Shown one piece after another: positions 1-8,761 of a stretch of 64,000 bases of DNA (position 1 is the stretch's first letter; each line of letters starts with the position of its first letter). Source of the stretch: a virus (taxonomy: Duplodnaviria > Caudoviricetes); IMG/VR virus record IMGVR_UViG_3300024255_001563, positions 1 to 64,000 of that record. One strand, written 5' to 3'. A program made the translations under genes and the position numbers. The notes beneath the pieces were generated by a model, which was given only the letters and a program-made list of their open reading frames with translations, was not told where the DNA came from and did no database searches.

Positions 1-210
1 AGAGTCTGGTATCTCTACATATATGTCACAGCGACAGTAGATATCCCCGGGTAACGATGTTGAACTAGTGCGAAGTAGTTGCCATTCCCAATTGTTAGAC
101 TCTACAGTTTTATATAATTCGTCACCTAGTTCTCGACGTATCCATAAATGTTCCATCTCGGAATCAGCGTGTGTCCATTTGTATTCACACTGTCCTAGAT
201 AGTATCTCAT
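1..210 (-). CDS. Hypothetical protein, 3' end beyond window (MRYYLGQCEYKWTHADSEMEHLWIRRELG...)
   Basis: Not in the ORF track. I translated it by hand: ATG at 210 in an ATGA overlap with the stop of 207..428, and 70 open codons to the window edge. Confidence 0.7.
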   Translation of the reverse strand, partial: MRYYLGQCEYKWTHADSEMEHLWIRRELGDELYKTVESNNWEWQLLRTSSTSLPGDIYCRCDIYVEIPDS

Positions 211-428
211 TTTTTTGACTCATGTTTTAACAGTAGTGCATTAACTTCGTCAGTCTTAACTAACCATCCGTCTTGATTAACTATAAACACATCGCCGGGT
301 TGATACAACGGACGATCTTTATTACCAGGATTACCTTGTCTGTCTAGTCCCATAACTTCACCGTGCCAATCGCCTTCGATACGAAAATTGTCACCAGCTT
401 GATTGATGTTATATTCCATCCAGATCAT
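207..428 (-). CDS. Small hypothetical protein
   Basis: 73-aa ORF tightly packed downstream of the helicase on the same strand. Confidence 0.7.
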   Translation of the reverse strand: MIWMEYNINQAGDNFRIEGDWHGEVMGLDRQGNPGNKDRPLYQPGDVFIVNQDGWLVKTDEVNALLLKHESKK

Positions 429-429
429 T

Positions 430-1860
430 TTAATCTCCTAAATTATTTAGAAAGTTTCTTAATTGTGTACTATTTGTTTCTGCTTTAATTTTACCTACAT
501 TGCCGCCTTCACTAGGATTTTCACTTACTGTATCTGCCGGCGTAGTTGTGCCGCCGCCACGTTTTAAATTATTCAGTAACGATGATCCAGTTTGAGATCC
601 TGTTGTTGTTTGTTCATCTTCTTCACCTAAGTCTTCAATGCGTAGTGTGTCTAAGTTAAATCCTAGATCAATCTTTTGTCCTACGCCACTACTGTTACGT
701 GTCTTCATCAGCTGTAGTTGATAGCGTCCACGTTCACGCATTGCTCTACTTGTAAAGATACCAAACACGTTATCCGCAGTCTGGATCTTACTAAGTCCAC
801 CTGAGATATGCGAGTGATCAAATTCAATTTCTTCAACAGCACCACGGTTCAACTGTGCCGCTGTAACAAACACTGTGTTCAATTCCATTGCTAGGTTACG
901 TAGCTCTTCCGATACGTACTTGTCTTTGATAAACAAGTTCTCTGCACTTACCTTTGTGCTTGCTGGCATTAACAAGTCTAAGTAGTCAATCAGTAGCACG
1001 TCTACCTTCTTGCCAGTTTTAATTTCATACTCTTTGATGTATGAACGTACATCGTTTGCTGTCTTGCCCGATGGCATATACTTGACCTGGAACGCACCTG
1101 ACTTTTTGCCGATCATCTTAACTTTCATCTCGACATCGTCAATGCTCTTAAACACATCACGACTCGGAATGCCAGTAGTCATACTATCAAGTCTCATACT
1201 AACTAGACTCTCTGCAAGCTCTAGTGTCAAGTAGATTACGTTCAAGCCTTTCTCAGCCATGTTAACACCAATGTTAGCAAGGAACAAACTCTTACCTGCA
1301 CCCGAGCCACCTGCAAAGATATTCAGCTCGCCTCTGTTGAAGCCACCAAACAGTTTCTTATCCATAGCTGGCCAGCCTGTGCTTACCTGTCCGTTTGTAC
1401 TCTTAATGCCTTCTAGTCTAGCTCTTGGATCAGCATAATAGTTTGTACCTAAGTCTTTTTGCAAACCTATCTGTACAGCCTTCTTAACTAAGTCTTCACA
1501 TGCACCATAGTCGCCATTCTCTAACAAGTCAGCACTCTTTAGGATTGCCGCTTCTAGTGCTTTGTGTTTACTAAATGTTTCAAACTCTTGCATCAACCAA
1601 TCGTAATGATTCTCTTGCAGTTCGCCTACGTCTTTTAATTGTACATCAGTTGCTGCATTAATCATATCGAGCGTAGGCAATGCATTATGTTCCATAACAT
1701 AATTGTTTAAAAACTCTGCCGGAGCCTTTAGTCTTCTATCAAAACTATCTGGATCAAACACAGCTTGACAGCGTACAAAGCTCTCAGCATCGCTCATCAT
1801 CATTTCTAGATATACTTTTTGTATATCATATCCATAGTCTGTGTTTTGTCTAGTTGCCAT
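430..1860 (-). CDS. gp41: Replicative DnaB-family helicase (T4 gp41-like)
   Basis: STGW motif, Walker A GGSGAGKS, Walker B LLIDYLD, TAAQLNR and KTRNS motifs; lies near the primase. Confidence 0.93.
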   Translation of the reverse strand: MATRQNTDYGYDIQKVYLEMMMSDAESFVRCQAVFDPDSFDRRLKAPAEFLNNYVMEHNALPTLDMINAATDVQLKDVGELQENHYDWLMQEFETFSKHKALEAAILKSADLLENGDYGACEDLVKKAVQIGLQKDLGTNYYADPRARLEGIKSTNGQVSTGWPAMDKKLFGGFNRGELNIFAGGSGAGKSLFLANIGVNMAEKGLNVIYLTLELAESLVSMRLDSMTTGIPSRDVFKSIDDVEMKVKMIGKKSGAFQVKYMPSGKTANDVRSYIKEYEIKTGKKVDVLLIDYLDLLMPASTKVSAENLFIKDKYVSEELRNLAMELNTVFVTAAQLNRGAVEEIEFDHSHISGGLSKIQTADNVFGIFTSRAMRERGRYQLQLMKTRNSSGVGQKIDLGFNLDTLRIEDLGEEDEQTTTGSQTGSSLLNNLKRGGGTTTPADTVSENPSEGGNVGKIKAETNSTQLRNFLNNLGD

Positions 1861-1919
1861 TCTTTGCTTCCGTTATATGTGATTGCGCTTTTACTTGTCC
1901 ACATGTCTTACAATATCTT

Positions 1920-1947
1920 ATTATAACACAAAACTTGTGATTGTCAA
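1920..1947 (-). promoter_or_regulatory. Sigma70-type promoter upstream of the helicase
   Basis: On the - strand: TTGACA-N16-TATAAT with an extended -10 TG (TGTTATAAT). Confidence 0.75.
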
Positions 1948-1977
1948 ACTCAATTATTTGTTTGTTTTCTGTTTGTA

Positions 1978-3480
1978 TTACGTTGTTGCAGCAGCCGTGC
2001 ATACCTTTACTCCATAGTGTTCTTCAAATTCTACTGCATCCTCTACAGTATTAACCATAGGCTTGCCTTTGATGTTGAGACTTGTGTTCAGTAGTATAGG
2101 GCATCCAGTTTCCTCATACCAGCGTTCTAACAGTTTTCTAAAGCCCACGCTTTGATTAGCAGAAACTGTCTGTACCCTAGAGGTGCCGTCCCCGTGGACA
2201 ATTGCAGGTAATCCAGGATCCGTGCAAGTTGCAGTGTATTGCATGAAGGGGCTGACATATCCGTCGAAATAGGCAGAGGCATGCTCCTCGAGGATCGCTG
2301 GAGCAAAGGGTCTAAACTTCTGTCTACGCTTGATGGTATTGACTCTGTCCTTGATATCTGTGCCGCGGGGGTCTGCAAGTAAGGAGCGATGTCCGAAAGC
2401 TCTGGGCCCGAACTCTGCTCTACCATTGGCGACACCGCAAATACCAGTAGTAAGCAACTCATGTAGAACTTCTTCAACGGGATAATCTCCTTCTATTTCG
2501 TAGCCTGTATACACATGTGGCATAGGCATAAACTCTTTCCTATGCGCTAGTACAGCACCTATAGCACTTCCTGCATCACCCGGGTTGGGCATAATCCATA
2601 CATCGTTCCAATCACTCTTGATAGTGCCGTTTGCACTACAGTTTAGAGCGCACCCTCCCATCAACACTAGGTTACCCGATGGCGATTTCCATCTAGCCCA
2701 GTTGCTGATGTACTTCAATATGTACGCATATATTCCTTGCACAGCAGCCGCTATGTCAAACATGTCTTGCTCTGTAGTAAGGTCTGGGCGCCACCACTGA
2801 CATCCTCTATGCAAGTTGTGTTTAAGTTTGATGGTTGGCTTGTTAAAGAAGATCTGTTTAAGGCTATCATCTTCAAGAGGGTGAAAAAATTCTTCTAGTA
2901 TCTCGTTGAAAAACCTTAGGGGGTCTCCATATGCTGCCATGCCCATAAGGATATATTCATCCTCCTGTGGCTTCAGTCCCAGTCTCTGCGTGAAGGCCGA
3001 GTACCATAGTCCAACGGAATGTGGGTAGCTTTGCGAGTAGATTCTTTTGAGTCCGTTGTCGGCTCCGTTCCAAATAGTGAGTGTTTGAAATTCACCGATA
3101 CTGTCAATAACAACAACAGTGGCTTCTCTAAAAGGACTAGTATAAAAACCGGCAGCAGCATGGGCAAGGTGATGATCAGTATAACGAATAGGAGCAGATA
3201 TACCATACTGTCGAAGATAACGATTAACATTATTTTCGGCCAACCGAAGTCCTTGTCCAGCTCGAATCTGTCTAAGAGTTTTTCTAAAGGGTCTTTCGTA
3301 CCAAATAATTTCATCCGGTTCTCCAAATTGTCGTGCATAGTTAATTATCTCTTTGTTAAGATGCGGATCATTCTTAACTCCGCTGAACCGTTCAGTGTGG
3401 CTAGCAAATTCTAAACCGTTGTCAGTAAATACAGCCAATGCTGCATCGTGACTGTTTGCACTTATACCCCAAGTAATCAT
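1978..3480 (-). CDS. O-carbamoyltransferase (NodU/CmcH/TobZ family), copy 1
   Basis: Kae1-like N-domain (HDAA, ERFSGVKND, DHHLAHA, LMGMAAYG, GGCALN, GDAGSAIG) and YrdC-like C-domain (RAFGHRS, FRPFAP, HGDGTSRVQTV, NTSLN). Confidence 0.93.
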   Translation of the reverse strand: MITWGISANSHDAALAVFTDNGLEFASHTERFSGVKNDPHLNKEIINYARQFGEPDEIIWYERPFRKTLRQIRAGQGLRLAENNVNRYLRQYGISAPIRYTDHHLAHAAAGFYTSPFREATVVVIDSIGEFQTLTIWNGADNGLKRIYSQSYPHSVGLWYSAFTQRLGLKPQEDEYILMGMAAYGDPLRFFNEILEEFFHPLEDDSLKQIFFNKPTIKLKHNLHRGCQWWRPDLTTEQDMFDIAAAVQGIYAYILKYISNWARWKSPSGNLVLMGGCALNCSANGTIKSDWNDVWIMPNPGDAGSAIGAVLAHRKEFMPMPHVYTGYEIEGDYPVEEVLHELLTTGICGVANGRAEFGPRAFGHRSLLADPRGTDIKDRVNTIKRRQKFRPFAPAILEEHASAYFDGYVSPFMQYTATCTDPGLPAIVHGDGTSRVQTVSANQSVGFRKLLERWYEETGCPILLNTSLNIKGKPMVNTVEDAVEFEEHYGVKVCTAAATT

Positions 3481-3599
3481 TTGTAAATAAACGGGTCCTT
3501 CTTGCGTAATTCTTTTAAACGTTTTCTAAATCGTATTTCTTCTTTAACTCGTGTATACGGCCAAATAAATATAGACCAAACTTTCTTAATTAAAACCAT
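3477..3599 (-). CDS. 40-aa basic peptide (MVLIKKVWSIFIWPYTRVKEEIRFRKRLKELRKKDPFIYK)
   Basis: Not in the ORF track; translated by hand. It overlaps the primase stop and is ATGA-coupled to the carbamoyltransferase. From recall, the C-terminal LRKxDPFIY resembles small peptides that precede phage carbamoyltransferases. Confidence 0.7.
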   Translation of the reverse strand: MVLIKKVWSIFIWPYTRVKEEIRFRKRLKELRKKDPFIYK

Positions 3600-4564
3600 T
3601 TCTTTGCTCTCAATCTAATTTTTAATGGGCTACTTTCAGCAGCACTTGCAATACTATACAATGTGTATAGTCTACCATACTTATCAACAGCATCACCTAC
3701 ATCGTTAATGTCTTGATCCCAGTCAGGCATGCTAACATGCCAGCCTCGGTCAATAGCTTGTTCAACTAGTTTGCTACCTGCTTTGTCTCTATCCGGTACA
3801 ACATATATATCCTTGCCTAGTCTGTTGAGCAACAATGCTTGTGCATCACCTATGTCACTACCACCGATGGCACAGCCATCTATGTGTAATGCATCAATTT
3901 GTCCTTCGCATAGTATGCAGAATATCTTATTAGGACCTTGTTCGTCTAAATTAAACACATAACCAGGTTGCATAGTAGTCAGGTACTTGCTTTTGCTTTC
4001 CCCTACTGTACGGGCTGTATATCCGACTATGCGCCCCTCGTAGTAGAAAGGTATAATAAGTCTATCGCGATAAGCAAGACTCGGTGACCAATAGTAATCT
4101 GTATCGTCTAAGTTCAACTGTCTTGCAGACATATATTCTAATATAGACATACTAAACTTGTTGAATTCTTTTATATCTGTAATCTTAATAGCATCTTCTG
4201 GCAATTGTACAGTACTAAACTCCGGTAGTTCAACTTTGTGTTGTTTTACTTCAACCCCTTCGTTTTCACGCATAACATCTAATGCTAGTTTTGTAATTTC
4301 GTCGTCAGGCGCATTAAGCCATTCAAGTAACTTCTTAAACTTATAACTAAGATTACGTCCTGGCTGCCAGCTAGCTTTGTATCCACAGTTGAAACAATGA
4401 AAACTTACTGCTTCACCTTCATGTATAACTCCGCCTCTGCCTTTCGTATCTTGTGTTTCACCGTTATGTATACAACAGGGTGCAATGAAACTAGTCCAAC
4501 CACTAGGAGTGGTTTTACGTTTTGCAGGCAAATATAAAGTCAAGGTGTCAGATACGATGCTCAT
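3590..4564 (-). CDS. gp61: DNA primase (T4 gp61-like)
   Basis: N-terminal Zn ribbon (PCC...HCFNC), RLIIPF and GYTAR motifs, TOPRIM CEGQIDA and PDRD. Confidence 0.9.
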   Translation of the reverse strand: MSIVSDTLTLYLPAKRKTTPSGWTSFIAPCCIHNGETQDTKGRGGVIHEGEAVSFHCFNCGYKASWQPGRNLSYKFKKLLEWLNAPDDEITKLALDVMRENEGVEVKQHKVELPEFSTVQLPEDAIKITDIKEFNKFSMSILEYMSARQLNLDDTDYYWSPSLAYRDRLIIPFYYEGRIVGYTARTVGESKSKYLTTMQPGYVFNLDEQGPNKIFCILCEGQIDALHIDGCAIGGSDIGDAQALLLNRLGKDIYVVPDRDKAGSKLVEQAIDRGWHVSMPDWDQDINDVGDAVDKYGRLYTLYSIASAAESSPLKIRLRAKKWF

Positions 4565-4570
4565 ACAATT

Positions 4571-4599
4571 ATACTAGCATCAAGTTATAATATTGTCAA
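4571..4599 (-). promoter_or_regulatory. Sigma70-type promoter of the primase (probably leaderless)
   Basis: TTGACA-N17-TAGTAT, then 6 nt to the ATG at 4564; no Shine-Dalgarno. Confidence 0.6.
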
Positions 4600-4600
4600 G

Positions 4601-5389
4601 TTAATTTCTAATTAATATTTTTGTAATACTATCTGCAGGAGAAGTTGTTGCTTTAAATCTTAGATGACTTAGTACACCATTAAAATTTACAAACGAAGGT
4701 TCTGACTCTGATCCTGTAAAACTCACAGTAGTAATATCAGACCAGTAAGTGCTTTCATCGATTTGATTATCAAGTGTACCTTGTAATATTATATCCCCTA
4801 TATAGCTATCGCTATAGATAGCAGCAGTGTGTAATGCTTCATTACCATTAATACCTGGTTCTGCATTAATTGATTCTGAAATCCAATACGGGGTATCTTC
4901 TGTTACTTGTGTAAATGTAGAAATGCTTTTAGATTCTTTTGCTCCAGGAAATGCACTACTATTAACTTTTATTATTCCGTCGTTGCCAAAATGACTATTA
5001 GAATAAGTTATTACATTTGTGTCATCTTGATCATTAAGGTATATATTATAACTTAGATATTGATCTTTAATATTAAGTAAATCATTTTCTGTAACAGTTA
5101 CTTTAAATAATCCTTTTATCGGAGTTGATCCATCTGATGTAAGTTGAACTCCGTCATGTTCGATTACTAGATTTTTATTTTCATCAAATGCTACAAATTT
5201 CATAGTATAACTAGAAAGGTCAATTGCTTTTTGATCTGCATTTAATAGTCTAAAATCTAAGACATTATCAATGCCTTTATATACTTGAAGTTGTTTATTA
5301 TACACTGGTCTATACTCCGTAATGAATCCTGCCATATCTACTACGGCTGTGGTTGTGTTTGAGACTAAATATCTAGGTACTAATTGCAT
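4601..5389 (-). CDS. Probable virion structural protein (BppU-like/baseplate-type beta-rich)
   Basis: Beta-rich composition, YKGIDNVLDFRLLNADQK motif, ATAAATA late-type motif 5 nt upstream. Function inferred. Confidence 0.5.
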   Translation of the reverse strand: MQLVPRYLVSNTTTAVVDMAGFITEYRPVYNKQLQVYKGIDNVLDFRLLNADQKAIDLSSYTMKFVAFDENKNLVIEHDGVQLTSDGSTPIKGLFKVTVTENDLLNIKDQYLSYNIYLNDQDDTNVITYSNSHFGNDGIIKVNSSAFPGAKESKSISTFTQVTEDTPYWISESINAEPGINGNEALHTAAIYSDSYIGDIILQGTLDNQIDESTYWSDITTVSFTGSESEPSFVNFNGVLSHLRFKATTSPADSITKILIRN

Positions 5390-5410
5390 ACTAATATTTA
5401 TCGGAAAAGC

Positions 5411-5782
5411 ATGTTAACAAAAGATATAAAAGATAATTTTCCATTTTTAAGTGTAGTAACTTATGGCGGAAATGAATACATTGGTATAATCATAAATCAA
5501 GATCAATGGGTAACTAGTATGTATGTGTATACTAATATAAACACTGAAATAGAAAAAACAAAATTTTTAGAACTAGGAGATGTGTGGTGGTGGGAATCAA
5601 ATAGAATGATACCTATTAACATATTCTTGAAAAGTGAATTAGATCCATTTAAATATTCTATTGTAACAATGAACTCTAAAGACGTAAGAGTGTCATTAGG
5701 CCCTTGTGTAAATTTAAATAACTTATCAATTAAAAGAGTTAAACGAAAACACGTTCAACTTATTAGAAAGCCTAAGAGCTAA
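5411..5782 (+). CDS. Conserved-type phage hypothetical protein
   Basis: ORF 5384..5782; likely start at MLTKD (5411). CTAAATA motif at 5365-5371 upstream. Confidence 0.65.
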   Translation: MLTKDIKDNFPFLSVVTYGGNEYIGIIINQDQWVTSMYVYTNINTEIEKTKFLELGDVWWWESNRMIPINIFLKSELDPFKYSIVTMNSKDVRVSLGPCVNLNNLSIKRVKRKHVQLIRKPKS

Positions 5783-6332
5783 AATTCTCGCATACTAAAT
5801 TCATATGTACTACGCATGCCATAGCATAACTTATAGCATGTGCTTTCTTAAAGTAGTATGCACCGTCAGTCGGCTTTGTCCACACTTCTTTCATTATCGT
5901 TTCCCAACTTTCGTTCAGCAAGTATCTCTTGGCTGGCCGAATAATTGCTAAAGTTGCTGCTAGTTGTTCCACTGAACAAGGCTTTAAAATCTTTAACAAC
6001 TGATGCTGGTTGTTGAGGTGGAAGATTAGATCTGAGAAGTCGCTGTGTTGTAATAGAGTCCATTGTGGTTCTTTCTGCATTAGTGATTGTAAATGTACTT
6101 CGTCATTTACATCTTTATATATGCTTACATTTAAAAAATCAAGTTTAAAGTATCCACGCTCTTCTGCTGTCTTATGTTCAATTGTAGATAGGTTATCTAC
6201 AGGGTTATGCGGAATCTCAGTTGCGTAAACTCCGGTGTTATGCTTCTTGCCTGTATCTAATTTTGCCGTTCGGTGTTGTATCTTATTTAAGATAATATTA
6301 CGATCAGCAAAGTCAATATCAATATCTGGCAT
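5772..6332 (-). CDS. Miniature DNA polymerase III alpha (DnaE)-like protein, palm plus partial fingers only
   Basis: MPDIDIDF, KHNTGVY, GYFKLDFL, LAIIRP and FKKAHAISYA match C-family polymerase motifs in order, but the protein is only 186 aa. Confidence 0.85.
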   Translation of the reverse strand: MPDIDIDFADRNIILNKIQHRTAKLDTGKKHNTGVYATEIPHNPVDNLSTIEHKTAEERGYFKLDFLNVSIYKDVNDEVHLQSLMQKEPQWTLLQHSDFSDLIFHLNNQHQLLKILKPCSVEQLAATLAIIRPAKRYLLNESWETIMKEVWTKPTDGAYYFKKAHAISYAMACVVHMNLVCENFSS

Positions 6333-6340
6333 ACTCTATC

Positions 6341-6622
6341 CTATAATAAAAATAATTGTATCATAGCAATTGAATTCATTACTACAAACCATAATGTTAA
6401 CACGATAGCAAACCCTGCTTTGCGAATCCACGTACTAATTACACCAAGAATACTTCCTACTAGATACATAGGAATAAAGATCTTAGTTGCAGGATCTAGC
6501 ACAGTATATGTTAATACTGCACTAGCACCTATCAGCATTACAGCTTCAATTAGTTCGCAATAAAATGCAAACGGTGATAGTTTATAACTATCTTTAAAAA
6601 AGTCTATAACGTATTTAATCAT
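6341..6622 (-). CDS. Small membrane protein (about 3 TM segments)
   Basis: Three hydrophobic stretches in 93 aa. Confidence 0.6.
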   Translation of the reverse strand: MIKYVIDFFKDSYKLSPFAFYCELIEAVMLIGASAVLTYTVLDPATKIFIPMYLVGSILGVISTWIRKAGFAIVLTLWFVVMNSIAMIQLFLL

Positions 6623-6806
6623 CTGATCCCTCTATTTTACTCCAGTGGTATTCACCATCTTTGGGTGTACATCCGATATACTCTTCTCCAGTCTCTCTAT
6701 CAACTAATTTCCACTTCATAGGTGCTTTTGTTTTGACAATAAGTTCTACTGGCTTTTCAAGTTCATATACAGTTACGCCGTTTTTTAATTCTCTAAAGTT
6801 TGCCAT
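6615..6806 (-). CDS. Hypothetical protein
   Basis: 63-aa ORF overlapping both neighbours on the same strand. Confidence 0.6.
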   Translation of the reverse strand: MANFRELKNGVTVYELEKPVELIVKTKAPMKWKLVDRETGEEYIGCTPKDGEYHWSKIEGSDD

Positions 6807-7197
6807 CTTCTCTCATCTTTTTGCGTATTTTTGTTGCACTAATGTCGTGTATATCTTTACCTAAATCGTGTTCAGTAAATGTATATCCAACGCCTCTTCC
6901 ATAACTAATGTCTACAATGTTTGGAACTATCATAATAACATATTCTTCGTTATAAGTAAAGCCTTCTTTTGCTAGTTCTTTTTTGATGTTTTCTTCTACG
7001 TCAGTAACAATAAACGGATTGTCATCTTGTGTTGCTGTGCGTCCGCCTGACGCATCTGTGTCTTGTGGTACAGTTCTAATCTGTATGCATACTTGTCCTG
7101 TTTCGGCAAGAGCTCGTTTAAACAGTTCTGTATGTCCAGCATGCCAAGGTTGCCAACGGCCTAACATTTGTGTAGTAGGCTTAAATCTATCAAACAT
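6793..7197 (-). CDS. HxGH-superfamily nucleotidyltransferase (cytidylyl/adenylyltransferase-like)
   Basis: GRWQPWHAGH motif and ISATKIR (KMSKS-like) motif; likely start MFDRF at 7197. Confidence 0.8.
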   Translation of the reverse strand: MFDRFKPTTQMLGRWQPWHAGHTELFKRALAETGQVCIQIRTVPQDTDASGGRTATQDDNPFIVTDVEENIKKELAKEGFTYNEEYVIMIVPNIVDISYGRGVGYTFTEHDLGKDIHDISATKIRKKMREDGKL

Positions 7198-7621
7198 TTT
7201 TTGCTCTCCAATATTGGTATCTTTCAACTGCAAGCATTAGTGTTTGGTGTGTATCCTCAAACCACTCTGCTACATGATAATCGCATTTAGGCGGTTGTTC
7301 AAATACTTTGTTTGTATCTTCAAACCTACCTTCTTTAATAGTATCCATCCACACTGTAAAGTCAGGGTCAAAGGCGTTACGTGCTGCTTCTGTAGGGCAT
7401 ACAAAGTCTGTAATAGCAATCTTACCTGCCATTACAACACCGTCGCTTAGATGACGCATACGCTGTGCTTGTCGCATACGTCCTTCAGGTGTAAAGTCCC
7501 AGTCGTCATACTTTGTGCGTACTGCATCTGCATTGATATGCACGCCGCCTAATAGTTGGGCAAAGGGCGTTGCTAGCGTAGTTTTGCCACTACCGGGTAA
7601 TCCAAATATTAATATTTTCAT
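7190..7621 (-). CDS. cysC: Adenylylsulfate (APS) kinase-like P-loop kinase
   Basis: GLPGSGKTTLA, NADAVR, D-W-D-F-T-x-E-G-R, AITDFVCP and FEQP motifs; short form. Confidence 0.75.
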   Translation of the reverse strand: MKILIFGLPGSGKTTLATPFAQLLGGVHINADAVRTKYDDWDFTPEGRMRQAQRMRHLSDGVVMAGKIAITDFVCPTEAARNAFDPDFTVWMDTIKEGRFEDTNKVFEQPPKCDYHVAEWFEDTHQTLMLAVERYQYWRAKNV

Positions 7622-8319
7622 AATGCACTTTCTTTTACTATGTCTTTTACTAATTGTACATCGTTCGGTTGTCGTTTAAACCGTAATGCCCAATGTTGTG
7701 GATTAATAACATGATATACAAGAGACAATTGTTCATCATTTAATCTACTTAATAAATCCTTACCGCTTTTACAATTTAAAATAAGCCACGGACTTATTTT
7801 ACCATCTCTAATATTCCATACTGCTTTGTTAAGGCTAATGTGGTGAAAATAGTGATTCCAAGGAGCAGGCTCATGTTCACTTGCCCATTCCATCATTGTT
7901 GTTACACTGCGCTCCAGTGCCGTTGCTACATCTTCTTTAAGTACAAGATCAATTGCATATTTCTCGTACATTTCTTCTTTGCACCAGTGGTCAAGTTTAA
8001 CTCCACTAGTAACAACATAGTCAATATACTTTTCAGGATACAGAGGCTTTACATTGTTTAAGAAACTGCCGAACTTTACAAATGCATTATAATAAGGACT
8101 TGCACAAAACTCTTCATATGTTTTTTCTTTTTTATTGCCTGCACTTAGTTTATAGAATCTACCAAAAGCATAAAAGCCATAACGTACACGTTTCTCATCT
8201 TTCTGCAAAGCTCTGCGCTTCTTCTCACACATATGCGCTGCAAGAGTTTTTTCTCTTACATAACTGCTTCCGCAGTATTCGCACTTGTATGGTTTATCAG
8301 AGTTTGACGTCAATGTCAT
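7618..8319 (-). CDS. Hypothetical protein with an N-terminal C2H2/C2HC-type zinc finger
   Basis: KPYKCEYCGSSYVREKTLAAHMC; likely start MTLTS at 8319. Confidence 0.7.
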   Translation of the reverse strand: MTLTSNSDKPYKCEYCGSSYVREKTLAAHMCEKKRRALQKDEKRVRYGFYAFGRFYKLSAGNKKEKTYEEFCASPYYNAFVKFGSFLNNVKPLYPEKYIDYVVTSGVKLDHWCKEEMYEKYAIDLVLKEDVATALERSVTTMMEWASEHEPAPWNHYFHHISLNKAVWNIRDGKISPWLILNCKSGKDLLSRLNDEQLSLVYHVINPQHWALRFKRQPNDVQLVKDIVKESAL

Positions 8320-8761
8320 GTTCTTGAGCCAATTGTTTGAGTTCTTTTTTTGTAGATGTTTTAGCAAGTAATTCTACCTCGTCTGTCTTCATATGCGGAT
8401 AAATTTGTTCTAATAATTTCATTGCTTTGCCTGTACTTCCGTCTCGTTTTTTAAAACCGATCCACGGATGAAATTCTTTTTTTCCTGTATTACCGCATTG
8501 ACATAAAATTAACCATTGTAGTTTAGGATGTTTGTTTCCTAGTATAGCCCAGTTTTTATTATAATATTCGTTTGTTTTAAACACAGCAAGTTCTTGTTTT
8601 TCTCTATTACCAGAAACACTACTCATATATCTATTAAGATTCCATAGGTCGCCTTTGATTTCTTTTTGTCCGTCTTCTTCAGCCGCTTCCCACATGTCTT
8701 TAATTCCTGCATCTAATGCAGGAATCATTTCTTTAAATAGGTCTATATGTTTATTTGGCAT
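8297..8761 (-). CDS. Clamp-loader small subunit (T4 gp62-like)
   Basis: NLNRYMSS...NEYYN...KLQWL...EFHPWI...K...IYP pattern resembles gp62; start MPNKH at 8761. Confidence 0.6.
   Translation of the reverse strand: MPNKHIDLFKEMIPALDAGIKDMWEAAEEDGQKEIKGDLWNLNRYMSSVSGNREKQELAVFKTNEYYNKNWAILGNKHPKLQWLILCQCGNTGKKEFHPWIGFKKRDGSTGKAMKLLEQIYPHMKTDEVELLAKTSTKKELKQLAQEHDIDVKL

Noticed and set aside
1808-1904. Short out-of-frame uORF (MWTSKSAITYNG...) overlapping the helicase start
   Set aside because: No RBS or conservation evidence; such ORFs are common by chance.
1927-1939. CACAA-N3-TTGTG inverted repeat inside the helicase promoter spacer (possible operator)
   Set aside because: The arms are only 5 bp and I did not find a second copy, so it is expected by chance.
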